64,000 nucleotides of DNA from Bryobacterales bacterium (lineage in GTDB: Bacteria; Acidobacteriota; Terriglobia; Bryobacterales; Bryobacteraceae). Numbering within the stretch: the first letter of the stretch is position 1; every line of letters begins with the position of its first letter. The position numbers and the translations under genes were made by a program. Under the pieces are notes generated by a model. It was not told the DNA's origin. It worked only from the letters and a program-made list of their open reading frames with translations, and did not search any database. Location of the stretch: assembly GCA_020847315.1 (NCBI GenBank), contig JADLCF010000223.1, positions 11,083 to 75,082 of the forward strand, written 5' to 3'. Shown here one piece after another: positions 18,899 through 28,009 of this stretch.

Positions 18899-20221
18899 AT
18901 GAACCGCCGTTTGTTTCTGTCTGCTACCCCAGCGATGCTCGGCGCGGGCGTTCTCTCCGCTGCTGAAATGCGTCCACAAGCGCCGGAGGTCACTCGCCCG
19001 CGCGCCACCTTTGGCGATGCCGTCGAGCCGGATTGGGAACAGCGCGTCAGGATCTCCGTGGGTCCCGGCAAAGCGGACCTGGTGGGAGCCGACCACCGCG
19101 CGATCCAGGCCGCCGTCGATTACGTCTCCGGCCTCGGAGGCGGCACGGTACAGATCCTTCCCGGCACGTACCGCTTCCGGAACGCGGTCAAACTGCGCTC
19201 CAGCGTGCGGATCGTGGGTAGCGGACTCGATTCCGTCTGCATCAAAGAGCCCTCCGTCAAAACGCCATTGCTGGAGAATTCTGACTGGTATGACCGGGAA
19301 GTAACCCTCGCGGATCCCGCAGGCTTCGCAGTCGGTGACGGCATCGTTCTGCGCACGCGGAATCCGCACAATGGAAGTTTTGATACCTACAAGCGCACCC
19401 TCGTCGCGCGCAGCGGCAATCGCTTCAAGCTCGACGAGATGTTGGTGGAAAACTTCTGGACCAAGGAAGGCGCCGATGCGTCCACCTTGTTTGCGCTCTT
19501 CGACGGATACCGCATTGCCGACGCCGCCATCGAGAATATCTGTCTCGACGGCAACCGTTCGAATAACGAATCACTGAACGGGAACTATGTGGGCTGCATC
19601 TTTCTTCGAGAGAGCAACCGCATTCAAATGCGCCAGGTAACGGCGCGTAACTTCAACGGCGACGGAATCAGTTGGCAGGTTTGCCACGACGTTCGAGTGG
19701 AGGATTGCCACAGCCACGACAACGCCGGCTTCGCGCTTCATCCAGGCTCGGGGTCCCAGCGCACCGTGGTCACCGGCAGCACGCTGGAGCGCAACGATAT
19801 CGGCTTCTTCTTCTGCTGGGGCGTAAAATGGGCGCTCGTCGAGAACAACCGGATGCTCGACAACAAACGCTTCGGTGTGTCGATCGGCCACAACGACACA
19901 GACAACATAGTCCGCAAAAACGAAGTGCTGCGAAGCGGAAAAACGGGCATCTTTTTGCGGCAGGAGCATGGCCCCACCTTCTCGCCCAGCCGTAATCGGA
20001 TCGAGGCGAATCGGGTGCTGGACAGTGGGGCGGAGGATGGCGTAGCCGTGGACATCGAGGGGACTACCGAAGAGATCGTCCTGAAGGGAAACATCCTGGC
20101 CGAGACCCGTAAGCCCGCCTCCCGGATCGGCGTCAGGATCGGCAAGGAGACGAAACAGATCGAGCTGGCGGAGAACCGCATTGACGGCTTTTCCACTCCT
20201 GTCCTCGATCTCAGCAAGTAG
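18899..20221 (+). CDS. right-handed parallel beta-helix repeat protein (pectate-lyase-fold), RR-signal
   Basis: AGGAGG lies 7 nt upstream of the ATG. 'MNRRLFLSATPAMLGAGVLSA' is signal-like. Repeated 'N..I..N.....G' beta-helix rungs are visible ('IENICLDGN', 'VRVEDCHSHDNAGF', 'ALVENNRMLDNKRFGVSIGH'). Confidence 0.7.
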   Translation: MNRRLFLSATPAMLGAGVLSAAEMRPQAPEVTRPRATFGDAVEPDWEQRVRISVGPGKADLVGADHRAIQAAVDYVSGLGGGTVQILPGTYRFRNAVKLRSSVRIVGSGLDSVCIKEPSVKTPLLENSDWYDREVTLADPAGFAVGDGIVLRTRNPHNGSFDTYKRTLVARSGNRFKLDEMLVENFWTKEGADASTLFALFDGYRIADAAIENICLDGNRSNNESLNGNYVGCIFLRESNRIQMRQVTARNFNGDGISWQVCHDVRVEDCHSHDNAGFALHPGSGSQRTVVTGSTLERNDIGFFFCWGVKWALVENNRMLDNKRFGVSIGHNDTDNIVRKNEVLRSGKTGIFLRQEHGPTFSPSRNRIEANRVLDSGAEDGVAVDIEGTTEEIVLKGNILAETRKPASRIGVRIGKETKQIELAENRIDGFSTPVLDLSK

Positions 20222-20639
20222 CGTCCAGGCTGAAATCTCCAGCGATGCAGAAAGCTTCAACGGAAAGTTGCGGGAAGAGTCTCAGGGCGCCCGCCGCGTT
20301 CCGGCATCTGTGAGATACCCGGGAGCAAGCCAGGCGCAGGAGGAATCCCCACGACCAACGGGATCTCCTCCGCCCCTGGAGTCCTGTGCTCCGGAACCCT
20401 TCGAACTGGCTTACTCTCCCCTCCGGGCTCCAGACGCCCGCTCAGCGGTTACACCGGGCCGCTCATCGCGCACCCAACCAAACAGCTCGGCGCCTCAGCA
20501 TCCTGCCTCATCAGCCCGGCGCAGAATCACCGATAGCGCCGAACAACGGTCTATCGGACGAAGTACGAAACGGACCGGGTCCAAGCTTCAGGACCGATTC
20601 AAGAGAAAATCGATCGGGGTGGAAAAGCACTTGACAAGA

Positions 20640-20909
20640 TCATAGGCGCGAATAGTGCTCGATATTGTTTTTCGCGTATTTCCACTGCGCCAGAATCTTC
20701 CCGTTATTCGCCGCGCAACTCGCGCCCGAATATGGATTCGCGCAATAAGCGAACTGCAATCGCAGACGCGAACCCACGTTCCCCACCACGCCCAGTCTCG
20801 CGTCCCACGGCTGCTGCCGCCGCGTGTTAAAGCTCCACCGCTCCGTCAGCCCGTTGCCCAGCGCAACCTGCTTCAGCGCCCCTTGCGGCGCGTATTGCGC
20901 GCCCGTCCA
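20640..20909 (-). pseudogene. Rhs/YD-repeat protein gene fragment (internal 89 codons, no start)
   Basis: My own minus-strand translation gives 'WTGAQYAPQGALKQVALGNGLTERWSFNTRRQQPWDARLGVVGNVGSRLRLQFAYCANPYSGASCAANNGKILAQWKYAKNNIEHYSRL*'. The '..L.F.Y.......NNG.I..Q' periodicity and 'FNTRRQP' resemble Rhs/YD repeats. The frame is closed by TGA 3 codons into the putative IS end at 20911. Confidence 0.45.
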
Positions 20910-20971
20910 GTGTAGCCGTCAGTGCAACCGGATTCTTGAAGGCCGCGTGGGGGACGTGTTGATCTGAAGGA

Positions 20972-21340
20972 ATGAACGATTCGATCTCTTCCTTGGATTA
21001 TGGCGAGTAACTGGTGCTGCGCTTTCGGGCGAGCGGGGTGACGCGGAAGGGTTTCGCGGCGCGTTCCGGAACCTCCGTTTCCACGCTCGACTACTATGTG
21101 CGCCGCGAACGCAAAACCTCCCTGCCAGCCGCTTTCGCGCCGAGCCGTATTCTCCCGGTTGAGTTCGTGGCGCCCGAAGAGGTAACTCTCCATGCGAGTG
21201 CGCCTGCCGCCCCCGCCGACATTCGCATTCACCTGGCTAACGGCCATGCGCGGGAAGTCGAGCGTGGCTTCGATGCCGGGTTGCTTTTCGATCTGCTGGC
21301 CGTGCTCGAAGGGAACACGCGGGGGAACGGGCGTAGATGC
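20972..21340 (+). pseudogene. tnpA: IS66 orf1 (tnpA) with in-frame TAA
   Basis: ATG 20972 (AAGGA upstream) gives 'MNDSISSLDYGE*LVLRFRASGVTRKGFAARSGTSVSTLDYYVRRERK...IRIHLANGHAREVERGFDAGLLFDLLAVLEG'. There is a TAA at 21008-21010. The layout is typical of IS66 Orf1 (HTH, then '..LLAVLE'). Confidence 0.6.
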
Positions 21341-21495
21341 TGGGGCTGGGTCCGGCGACGAAGGTCTATGTGGCGAGGGGCGCGACCGATATGCGCAAGG
21401 GCTTCGAGCGGCTCTACAGCTTGGTGCGCGAGGAACTGCGGTGCGATCCGCTGAGCGGGCATCTGTTTCTGTTCGCGAATGCCTCGCGCACGCGA
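21337..21495 (+). pseudogene. tnpB: IS66 orf2 (tnpB), 3'-truncated
   Basis: 'MLGLGPATKVYVARGATDMRKGFERLYSLVREELRCDPLSGHLFLFAN' matches the conserved IS66 Orf2 N-terminus ('..G.TDMRKGF..L...V...L..DP.SGHLF.F.N'). The expected '..WD..G..L..KRLE' continuation is absent. Confidence 0.65.
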
Positions 21496-21791
21496 CCAGA
21501 GTTCGATCACCGCTGCGGAGTACCGCTTCTTTCCCGGGGGCGAGCAACGCGAACTCGCCGAACTCATTCGGGGATCCCCGATTTACGTCGAGAGTCCCCG
21601 CGAAATGGGCAAGTGCCGGGGAATACAAATACGCTCTTGCAGGAAATGCCGGCGCGACGGGCGAAGGATTCACGGAGGGAGCGGGGTCCACGGATGGGGT
21701 AGCCTTCTCTCGACAGAGCCGGGGACCTCCGCTGGAAGGTTAGGAACTGCCAGCAAGAATCGTTTGTGGCCTGACACGCTTGCTTCAACCG

Positions 21792-21831
21792 AACGGCCGG
21801 TACTTCCCTTCAATGGGAAGAACCGGCCGTT
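21792..21831 (-). terminator. long hairpin 30 nt downstream of the GH-like operon (candidate terminator, no clear T-run)
   Basis: 17-bp stem with one mismatch, aacggccggtacttccc / gggaagaaccggccgtt, and a 6-nt loop. Confidence 0.4.
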
Positions 21832-21861
21832 GCGCGTTTGAAGGCGGTCATAACGGGTCGG

Positions 21862-23379
21862 TCATAACGGGACGGAGACGAGCTCGAGGGCAGCGGCGCG
21901 AAGGGGGAGGCGGCGGTTTTCGTGGCGCAGCGTGAACGCGCGAGGCTCATTCGAGAGGTTCCAGACCAGCGCGCGCCGGGCAGTGGGATACCAGGCGCAC
22001 ACGGCGGGTTGCTCTTCTTCGATGAAGGGAGTGGCGCCGAGGCGCGGGAAGAGGCGCTGCTTGAGAGCGAAAATCTCCTCCATGGTTTCCGGGGTATCCC
22101 GGCGGGTGACGAGTTCCACGCCCGGCGAGCGGGGTTGGGCGGCGGCATCGGCATCCGAAAGAAACGCCCAGCCCGTGGAAGGGAGCGCGTTGCAGACTTC
22201 GAAAGGAATGCCGGAGGCCAGAAAAAGGCTATAGGGCTTATCGTCGCCCACGTAGCGGCTGTGCTCGCCCCAGTAGTGCTTGAACGGCCCGGCGGGCGCG
22301 TGCCCGGCGACTTCCGCGTGAATTTCGGCCTGACGCCGCATGGCCGGCGCGAGCACTTGCCAGTGGCTCACGGGGAATGGGGTGAGCCCGCTCATCATCA
22401 TCGTGTTGCGGACATCGGCCAGCGTGGAGATGGCGAGTTTTGCCGCCATGTTCGATGCGGAAAGCTTATCCGCGGGGAAGGCGGTGGTTTCACTGTAGGC
22501 GAGTTCCGGCGTCGCGAAGCGCCGGTGGAATAGCGTGCTGAATAACTCATCCGTCTTGCCCTTGAGCCGGTCGAATTCGCGATCGCTGAACATGAGTTCC
22601 CCAACGCGAAAGGGCACACCGCGATAGTCATTCAGGCGGATGCCCGCTTTCTCCGCGCCGAGGTACATCACCATATTGCCAATGGTCAGGCCCTTGCGCG
22701 CGCGCTGCAATCGGCGGAAACAGGCGGTGAGTTCGGAGCAGTGAAACTCAACCCAGGCACGAAGTTCGGGCGAGAGCGAACGTGCCTGGATGTCCGCGAT
22801 CAGTTGCTCGCGCACGCCGGCGCCATAGCCGTGCGCCTCTGAGAAGCGCCGCCAGTGATCGTCGCAGAAACAGCCGCCGATCTGGCCGGGTCCGGTGGCG
22901 AGGCGGAAATCGTCGTCGAGAAACAGGGTGCGGAACACCATTCCATCGAGGCGCGCCAGGGCAGCGGCGTTCTCCGCCGCGGCGGGCGCATGCAGGGAGG
23001 TGCCCCAATGCCGGGAACCGTCCGCGTGGACGCACTGCCGCCAATGGGGCGGTGGAATCAGCGGGGGCTCGCCTGCCTTGTCGCCAAGCGAATCGCCCGG
23101 ATGCCCCAGGGGAACAAAGGCGATCTCCGCCTCCATCCCCGCCTTCCGGATTCTTCGCGCGGCGGCGGCGATACGAGCCGGTTCGTAATACCAATGGCCA
23201 TACAGAAAGCCCGTGAGCCAGATGGTGTGAACGCCGGCCTGCTTTACCAGATCGATCAATTCCGGGTTTCGTTCGAGCGAGGCGGAAGAAAGGCAGACAT
23301 GGTAGCGGCGCGCCATCGCCGGAGCGGAGAAGGCAGGCGCCGCAAGCAGGGGAGCAGCTAGGAATTCGCGGCGATTCAT
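21862..23379 (-). CDS. exported glycoside-hydrolase-like TIM-barrel protein (unassigned family)
   Basis: 'MNRREFLAAPLLAAPAFSAPA' is RR-signal-like. 'FLDDDFRLATGPGQIGGCFCDDHWRRF' resembles the 'D-D-x-R..C-x-C..C...F' block of GHL10/DUF187-type putative glycosidases. Its ATG overlaps the upstream stop (ATGA). Confidence 0.45.
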   Translation of the reverse strand: MNRREFLAAPLLAAPAFSAPAMARRYHVCLSSASLERNPELIDLVKQAGVHTIWLTGFLYGHWYYEPARIAAAARRIRKAGMEAEIAFVPLGHPGDSLGDKAGEPPLIPPPHWRQCVHADGSRHWGTSLHAPAAAENAAALARLDGMVFRTLFLDDDFRLATGPGQIGGCFCDDHWRRFSEAHGYGAGVREQLIADIQARSLSPELRAWVEFHCSELTACFRRLQRARKGLTIGNMVMYLGAEKAGIRLNDYRGVPFRVGELMFSDREFDRLKGKTDELFSTLFHRRFATPELAYSETTAFPADKLSASNMAAKLAISTLADVRNTMMMSGLTPFPVSHWQVLAPAMRRQAEIHAEVAGHAPAGPFKHYWGEHSRYVGDDKPYSLFLASGIPFEVCNALPSTGWAFLSDADAAAQPRSPGVELVTRRDTPETMEEIFALKQRLFPRLGATPFIEEEQPAVCAWYPTARRALVWNLSNEPRAFTLRHENRRLPLRAAALELVSVPL

Positions 23380-24578
23380 TCTACTCCCCCCTCGATCCGC
23401 AACAGGGCGCCCGCGCCGGGCGCCAGCCAGCCCCCTTCATTGCCGATAGGGCCTTCCTGCCCGTTAAAAGGCGAGACGCGCACGAGGGTGGCGCGCGGGT
23501 TCCGCAGCTTGACGCGGAAGGCCGCCGATTCCTTCAAATCTTTGTTGACGATCATGAGCCAGTTCCGGCCGCCGGGGCCGGAGAATTCTCCAATCAGAAA
23601 GCGGCCGCTGGAGCGCATGTCCTCGACCAGGGGCGTGCCCGCGGCGGTGGAGACGGGCCAATGGTAGACGCCCGTGCTGCGGAGTTTGGTGAGCGCGGGC
23701 GCGAGCGCGTGAATTTGCCAGGTGATGCGGCGGAGCATATCCCAGGTGGCTGTCTTGTTGCCGAAAGCGTCAATGGGGGCCAGACGATAGTTGCCATGTC
23801 CTGGGGTGAAATAGGTGAAGAACTGAATGCCGCGCCCGCCATAGGCCAGGGTGGCATAGACCTGAAGATGAAAGGTGGCGTCGGTGGGCTCCATGTAGTG
23901 AAAATGGGCGTTCGAGAGTATGCAGTTCCAGAAGGGGATGCCCGCTTCGAGCGTCACGCGCCGCACCTGTTCGAGATTGTCATAGAACCGCGGATCCATA
24001 TCTCCCGCCAGAAGGGAATAGTTGTCCCAACTGAGATAGGGCAAGGGGATGTGCTTGAGATAGGCGCGTAAGTAGGCGTCATAGGATTCCGCGCCGAGAA
24101 GTTGCGCGCTGGCGTAGTTGGGAAACAAGTTGATGTAGGGCAACTTCCCCGGCATGACGCGGCGCAGCTCGGCGGCGATGCGGCCAATCAGCGGCATGGC
24201 CGCCGTGCCGGGTTCGTCGCGAAGGTTGACGCCGAACGCCGCCGGGTGAGAACCGATGCGGGCCTTCAGGCCGGCCACGGCTTGCCGGATTTCGTCATCG
24301 GTCGCCTGTTTGCGGTCGATCAGGTCCCGGATGGGCTGGTAGGAAACCACGCACGAGAGGCCGGCCGCCTGAACCTTGTCGAGGTCCTCGACTTGGCAGA
24401 ATCCGCTGACGTTGAGCCCCGCCTCTTTCATCAGGGCGAGGCTTCCGGAATCCGAAGGAGAGGGATTCCAGGCGATGATGGGGAACTCCGCGGCGGGAAC
24501 CGGAGCGGGCTGATGAATCGATGGGTGCTGCGCGGGAAGCGCGATAGCCGTGAGAAAAAGCCAGAGGAAACGAAGCAT
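23376..24578 (-). CDS. exported glycoside-hydrolase-like protein (GH42-like TIM barrel?), function unknown
   Basis: ATG 24578 gives the signal-like 'MLRFLWLFLTAIALPAQ'; the tracked start 24620 is a TTG. 'YINLFPNYA' and 'LSWDNYSL' blocks are glycosidase-like by eye. Translationally coupled to the next gene. Confidence 0.45.
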   Translation of the reverse strand: MLRFLWLFLTAIALPAQHPSIHQPAPVPAAEFPIIAWNPSPSDSGSLALMKEAGLNVSGFCQVEDLDKVQAAGLSCVVSYQPIRDLIDRKQATDDEIRQAVAGLKARIGSHPAAFGVNLRDEPGTAAMPLIGRIAAELRRVMPGKLPYINLFPNYASAQLLGAESYDAYLRAYLKHIPLPYLSWDNYSLLAGDMDPRFYDNLEQVRRVTLEAGIPFWNCILSNAHFHYMEPTDATFHLQVYATLAYGGRGIQFFTYFTPGHGNYRLAPIDAFGNKTATWDMLRRITWQIHALAPALTKLRSTGVYHWPVSTAAGTPLVEDMRSSGRFLIGEFSGPGGRNWLMIVNKDLKESAAFRVKLRNPRATLVRVSPFNGQEGPIGNEGGWLAPGAGALLRIEGGVE

Positions 24579-24774
24579 TACGAGAGCGATTGCGGGCACA
24601 GTCAAATTCGTTCTTATCAATCTATTCTCAGCAAATTGTAACAGGGTTACGGATCACCACGGCGGAGCGCTGCCGCCGCCAACGGAGGCGCGCCCTGAAA
24701 TGGTGGATTCGCGGTTGCGTCACCGGTAGCGGAGGCGGGCACGGCTCCAGCCTGGGATGTGCCGTGAGCAATCG

Positions 24775-27700
24775 TCAATCGCCCGCATGGTGCGGAAGCG
24801 AGGCATGCGCGGCTACGGTATCCGGCAGCGAATCCTCTTGCGGGGCATCCTTGCGCTCGCCAAACCAGCGCTTCCACAGAGCGTTCTGGGCAATGTCGTC
24901 GAAGAGTGAATAGGCCACCGGCGTCACGAGCAGGGTCAGCAGCAGCGAGAGGCTTTGCCCGCCAATGACGACAACCGCAATCGCACGGCGCTCTTCCGAG
25001 CCGGGGCCCGTGCCGAGCGCCAAGGGCGCCATTCCGGCGACGAGGGCGAGCGTGGTCATGAGGATGGGCCGCAAGCGATCCCGGTTGCCCTGAATGATCG
25101 CCTGGTAACGATCCATCCCCTTGCGGCGCAGGCTGTTCATGTGGTCGATCTGCAGAATGGAGTTCTTCTTCACGACTCCGAACAGCACGAGCATTCCGAG
25201 AGCCGAATAGAGATTCAAGGTGTTGCCGGACGCCCACAAAGAGAACAGTGCAAACGGGATGGAAAGCGGCAGGGACAGCAGAATGGTGAACGGGTGGATC
25301 AGGCTGTCGAACTGAGAAGCCAACACCATGTACATGAAGATCACAGAAAGCCCGAACGCGATCAGGAACTCACGGCCGGTCTGCTCCAGTTCGCGGCCAC
25401 GCCCGGAGACACTGGTGGTGTAGGCGGGCGGCATGTTCATTTCGGCGGCGGCCTTGCGCAGCGCGTCCAAGCGATCCGCCAAGGCATAGCCATCGCCGAT
25501 AGAGGCGCGGATGCTGCTCTGCCGCTGGCGATCCAGGCGGTCAATGCGGCTGGGAATCGTGGAAGGAACGATTTTCACGAGGTTATCAAGGCGGGCAAGT
25601 TCCCCGTTGCTGCGCGGAACGTAGAGGCGCGAGATTACCTGGGGATCGTCGCGATACTGCTCCGTAAGGCGCAACTGCACATCGTAGTCTTCGTTCACGC
25701 TTGGGTCGCGGAAACGAGTAACTCGCACATCCCCGCCCACCATGGTGCGGAGGGCTTGCGCAATATCCGCCACCTTCACGCCGAGGTCCGCCGCACGCTT
25801 GCGGTCAATCTCCACGCGAAGCTCGGGACGATCCAATTTGAGCGTGGTATCGGCATCGTAGATGCCGCCCAACGTCTCCGCGCGCTTGCGGAGTTCCTCC
25901 GCGTAGGCGGCGAGCTTCTCGAGTTCGGGGCCGCGAATCACGAAGTCGATTTCAAAGTTGCCGCCGCCGATATTGAACGAAGGGAAGTTGCGAACCTGGG
26001 CGCGGAGGTCTGTGTACTTGCGCAGAGCGCGGCGGACCTGCATCATGACATCGCGCTGCGAGTAGTTATTGCGGAAGGCCTCGCCGGGGTCGAGGTGGAT
26101 GAGCCCCTTGAAGAAGCGGCCGATGCTGAATACGCGCTCTTCGATGGGCGCGATGCGCACGTACAGCCGGGCGGTGTTCACCCGCGCCATGTAACTGCCG
26201 CCCACCTCCGAAAGCACCACCTTCACGGCAGGAATCTTCCGGATATCGTGCTCGACGAGCTCAAGCGCTTGGGACATGGCCGTGAGGCTGGCCGTCTCCG
26301 GCGCGGTTACGGAAACTTCGAACTCGTTTTCGTCGATATCGCCGGGCAGATATTCCTGCCGCACAACCTTGTAAAGCGGGATGGAAGACAGGATGACGGC
26401 CAGCCCGAGCATCGAAACCGCGAAGCGATGGCGCATGACGAAATGCAACATGCCGACATAGGCGCGATCGATATAACCGTAGTAGCCTTCGCGGGAATGG
26501 CCGCTGCCCGCATCTTCCCGCCGCAAGAGCCGCGCGCTCATCATGGGCGTGAGGGAGAACGACACCAGCAGGCTTACCATGATCGCTACCGCCGCCGTAA
26601 TGCCGAACTGGTAGAGGAAGCGCCCGGAAATGCTCGACATGAACGAGACGGGCACGAAGATCACAACGAGGCTCAGCGTCGTTGCGAGCACGGCGAGCCC
26701 GATATCCGCGGTGGCCTCGCGCGCCGCCACCATTGGCGTCATCTTCTTCTCTTCCACGAAGCGGAAGATGTTTTCAAGCACGACGATGGCGTCGTCGATA
26801 ACGATGCCCACCATGAGGACCAGAGCCAGCATCGTGACGCTATTCAGCGTGAAGCCGAGCACTTCCATCATGGCGAAGGTGGAGATTACGGAAGTGGGGA
26901 TGGCGATGCCGGCGATGATGGTGCTGCGCCAACTGCGCATGAATGCGAGCACTACCAGACAAGCGAAGATGCTGCCGAGCACGAGGTGGATATTGATCTC
27001 ATGCAATGCCGCTTTGATAAAACGCGATTGATCCTGGATGACTTCCATGCGCACGTCCGCGGGCAACTGCGCCTGCACGCGCTGCATGTTCTCTTTCACG
27101 GCCTCGATGGTGGCGACGGTATTGGCGCCGGATTGGCGGAGAATTCCCATTACCACGGTGGGTTTTCCGTTAAGGCGGGCGAGCGAGCGCTGTTCCTTGG
27201 AGCCGTCCTCCGCGTACCCGATATCCTCAATCCGGATGGGCGCGCCGTTCACGGTTCGGATGACGATGTCGTTGAAATCCCGCGGGTTCTCCACGCGCCC
27301 GATGGTGCGAAGCGATTCTTCCCGCAAGCTGTTCGTGACATTGCCGCCGGGAATATCGGCATTCTGTTGGCGAAGGGCGTCGAGCACGTCCCGGATGGAG
27401 AGTTTATACGCTTCCAGGCGTTCGGCGTCGGCCCAGACGCTGATGGCGCGCTCGAGGCCGCCGACGATCCGCAATTCGCCAACGCCAAGGCTGCGCTCCA
27501 GTTGCGGCTTCACAACTTTGTCGGCAAGTTCGGTGAGCTCGCGCGCGGTCCGGTCGCCGGAGAGGGCGATGGTCAGGACGGGAGTATTCTCGTTGTTATA
27601 CTTCGCGATAATCGGCGGGTCAACGTCCTCCGGCAATAGGCGAAGGACTGCCGCAACCCGATCCCGGACATCTTGCGCGGCAACATCGATATCGCGGCTG

Positions 27701-27993
27701 AGGTCGAACGTCACCATCACCATGGAGTTTCCGCTCGAGTTGATGGAGCGAATCTCCTGGATCCCTTCGACGGTGTTCACGGACTCTTCGATGACGTCAG
27801 AAACCAGCGATTCCATCTCTTCGCTGGAGGCGCCCGGCAGACTGGTGCGCACGGAAACGGTGGGCAAATCGACCTGGGGAAATCGATCCAGACCCAAGCG
27901 GAAATAGCTTGCCGTGCCGACCACCACCATGGCCAGGATGATCATGGTGGCAAAAATGGGGCGGCGAATACAGATTTCAGCCAGTTTTTGCAT
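24775..27993 (-). CDS. RND efflux transporter permease (AcrB/CzcA superfamily)
   Basis: 1072 aa. 'MQKLAEICIRRPIFATMIILAMVVVG', 'VVLENIFRFVEE' and a 12-TM layout with two large periplasmic loops. Confidence 0.95.
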   Translation of the reverse strand: MQKLAEICIRRPIFATMIILAMVVVGTASYFRLGLDRFPQVDLPTVSVRTSLPGASSEEMESLVSDVIEESVNTVEGIQEIRSINSSGNSMVMVTFDLSRDIDVAAQDVRDRVAAVLRLLPEDVDPPIIAKYNNENTPVLTIALSGDRTARELTELADKVVKPQLERSLGVGELRIVGGLERAISVWADAERLEAYKLSIRDVLDALRQQNADIPGGNVTNSLREESLRTIGRVENPRDFNDIVIRTVNGAPIRIEDIGYAEDGSKEQRSLARLNGKPTVVMGILRQSGANTVATIEAVKENMQRVQAQLPADVRMEVIQDQSRFIKAALHEINIHLVLGSIFACLVVLAFMRSWRSTIIAGIAIPTSVISTFAMMEVLGFTLNSVTMLALVLMVGIVIDDAIVVLENIFRFVEEKKMTPMVAAREATADIGLAVLATTLSLVVIFVPVSFMSSISGRFLYQFGITAAVAIMVSLLVSFSLTPMMSARLLRREDAGSGHSREGYYGYIDRAYVGMLHFVMRHRFAVSMLGLAVILSSIPLYKVVRQEYLPGDIDENEFEVSVTAPETASLTAMSQALELVEHDIRKIPAVKVVLSEVGGSYMARVNTARLYVRIAPIEERVFSIGRFFKGLIHLDPGEAFRNNYSQRDVMMQVRRALRKYTDLRAQVRNFPSFNIGGGNFEIDFVIRGPELEKLAAYAEELRKRAETLGGIYDADTTLKLDRPELRVEIDRKRAADLGVKVADIAQALRTMVGGDVRVTRFRDPSVNEDYDVQLRLTEQYRDDPQVISRLYVPRSNGELARLDNLVKIVPSTIPSRIDRLDRQRQSSIRASIGDGYALADRLDALRKAAAEMNMPPAYTTSVSGRGRELEQTGREFLIAFGLSVIFMYMVLASQFDSLIHPFTILLSLPLSIPFALFSLWASGNTLNLYSALGMLVLFGVVKKNSILQIDHMNSLRRKGMDRYQAIIQGNRDRLRPILMTTLALVAGMAPLALGTGPGSEERRAIAVVVIGGQSLSLLLTLLVTPVAYSLFDDIAQNALWKRWFGERKDAPQEDSLPDTVAAHASLPHHAGD

Positions 27994-28009
27994 AACGATT
28001 CGTTCCTCG

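Larger units (their letters stand above)
20911..21495 (+). mobile_element. IS66-family insertion sequence relic (left end + tnpA + 5' part of tnpB; no tnpC)
   Basis: The putative left end 'TGTAGCCGTCAGTGCAACC' at 20911 is GTAAGCG-like, as in IS66 IRs. It is followed by orf1 and orf2 homologues in the canonical order. Homology stops after about 53 codons of orf2, and no DDE transposase follows. Confidence 0.6.

Noticed and set aside
20181-20645. 154-aa plus-strand ORF (and 20386..20634) downstream of the beta-helix gene
   Set aside because: The translation is S/P/R/A-rich and low in complexity, starts inside the preceding gene, and has no RBS or motif. I treat the region as non-coding or decayed.
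20655-20915. 86-aa plus-strand ORF
   Set aside because: It is antisense to the Rhs-like fragment, whose translation has a recognisable repeat pattern, whereas this one is R/P-rich.
21479-21841. 120-aa plus-strand ORF after the truncated tnpB ('..ITAAEYRFFPGGEQRELAELIRGSPIYVES..')
   Set aside because: It has no recognisable family and crosses the long hairpin at 21792-21831. It could be a remnant of whatever was deleted, but I cannot support a call.
24955-27639. 894-aa ORF on the plus strand
   Set aside because: It lies entirely antisense to the clearly recognisable AcrB-type permease gene and its Arg/Gly/His-rich product has no recognisable motifs. Long antisense ORFs are expected in high-GC DNA because stop codons are rare.
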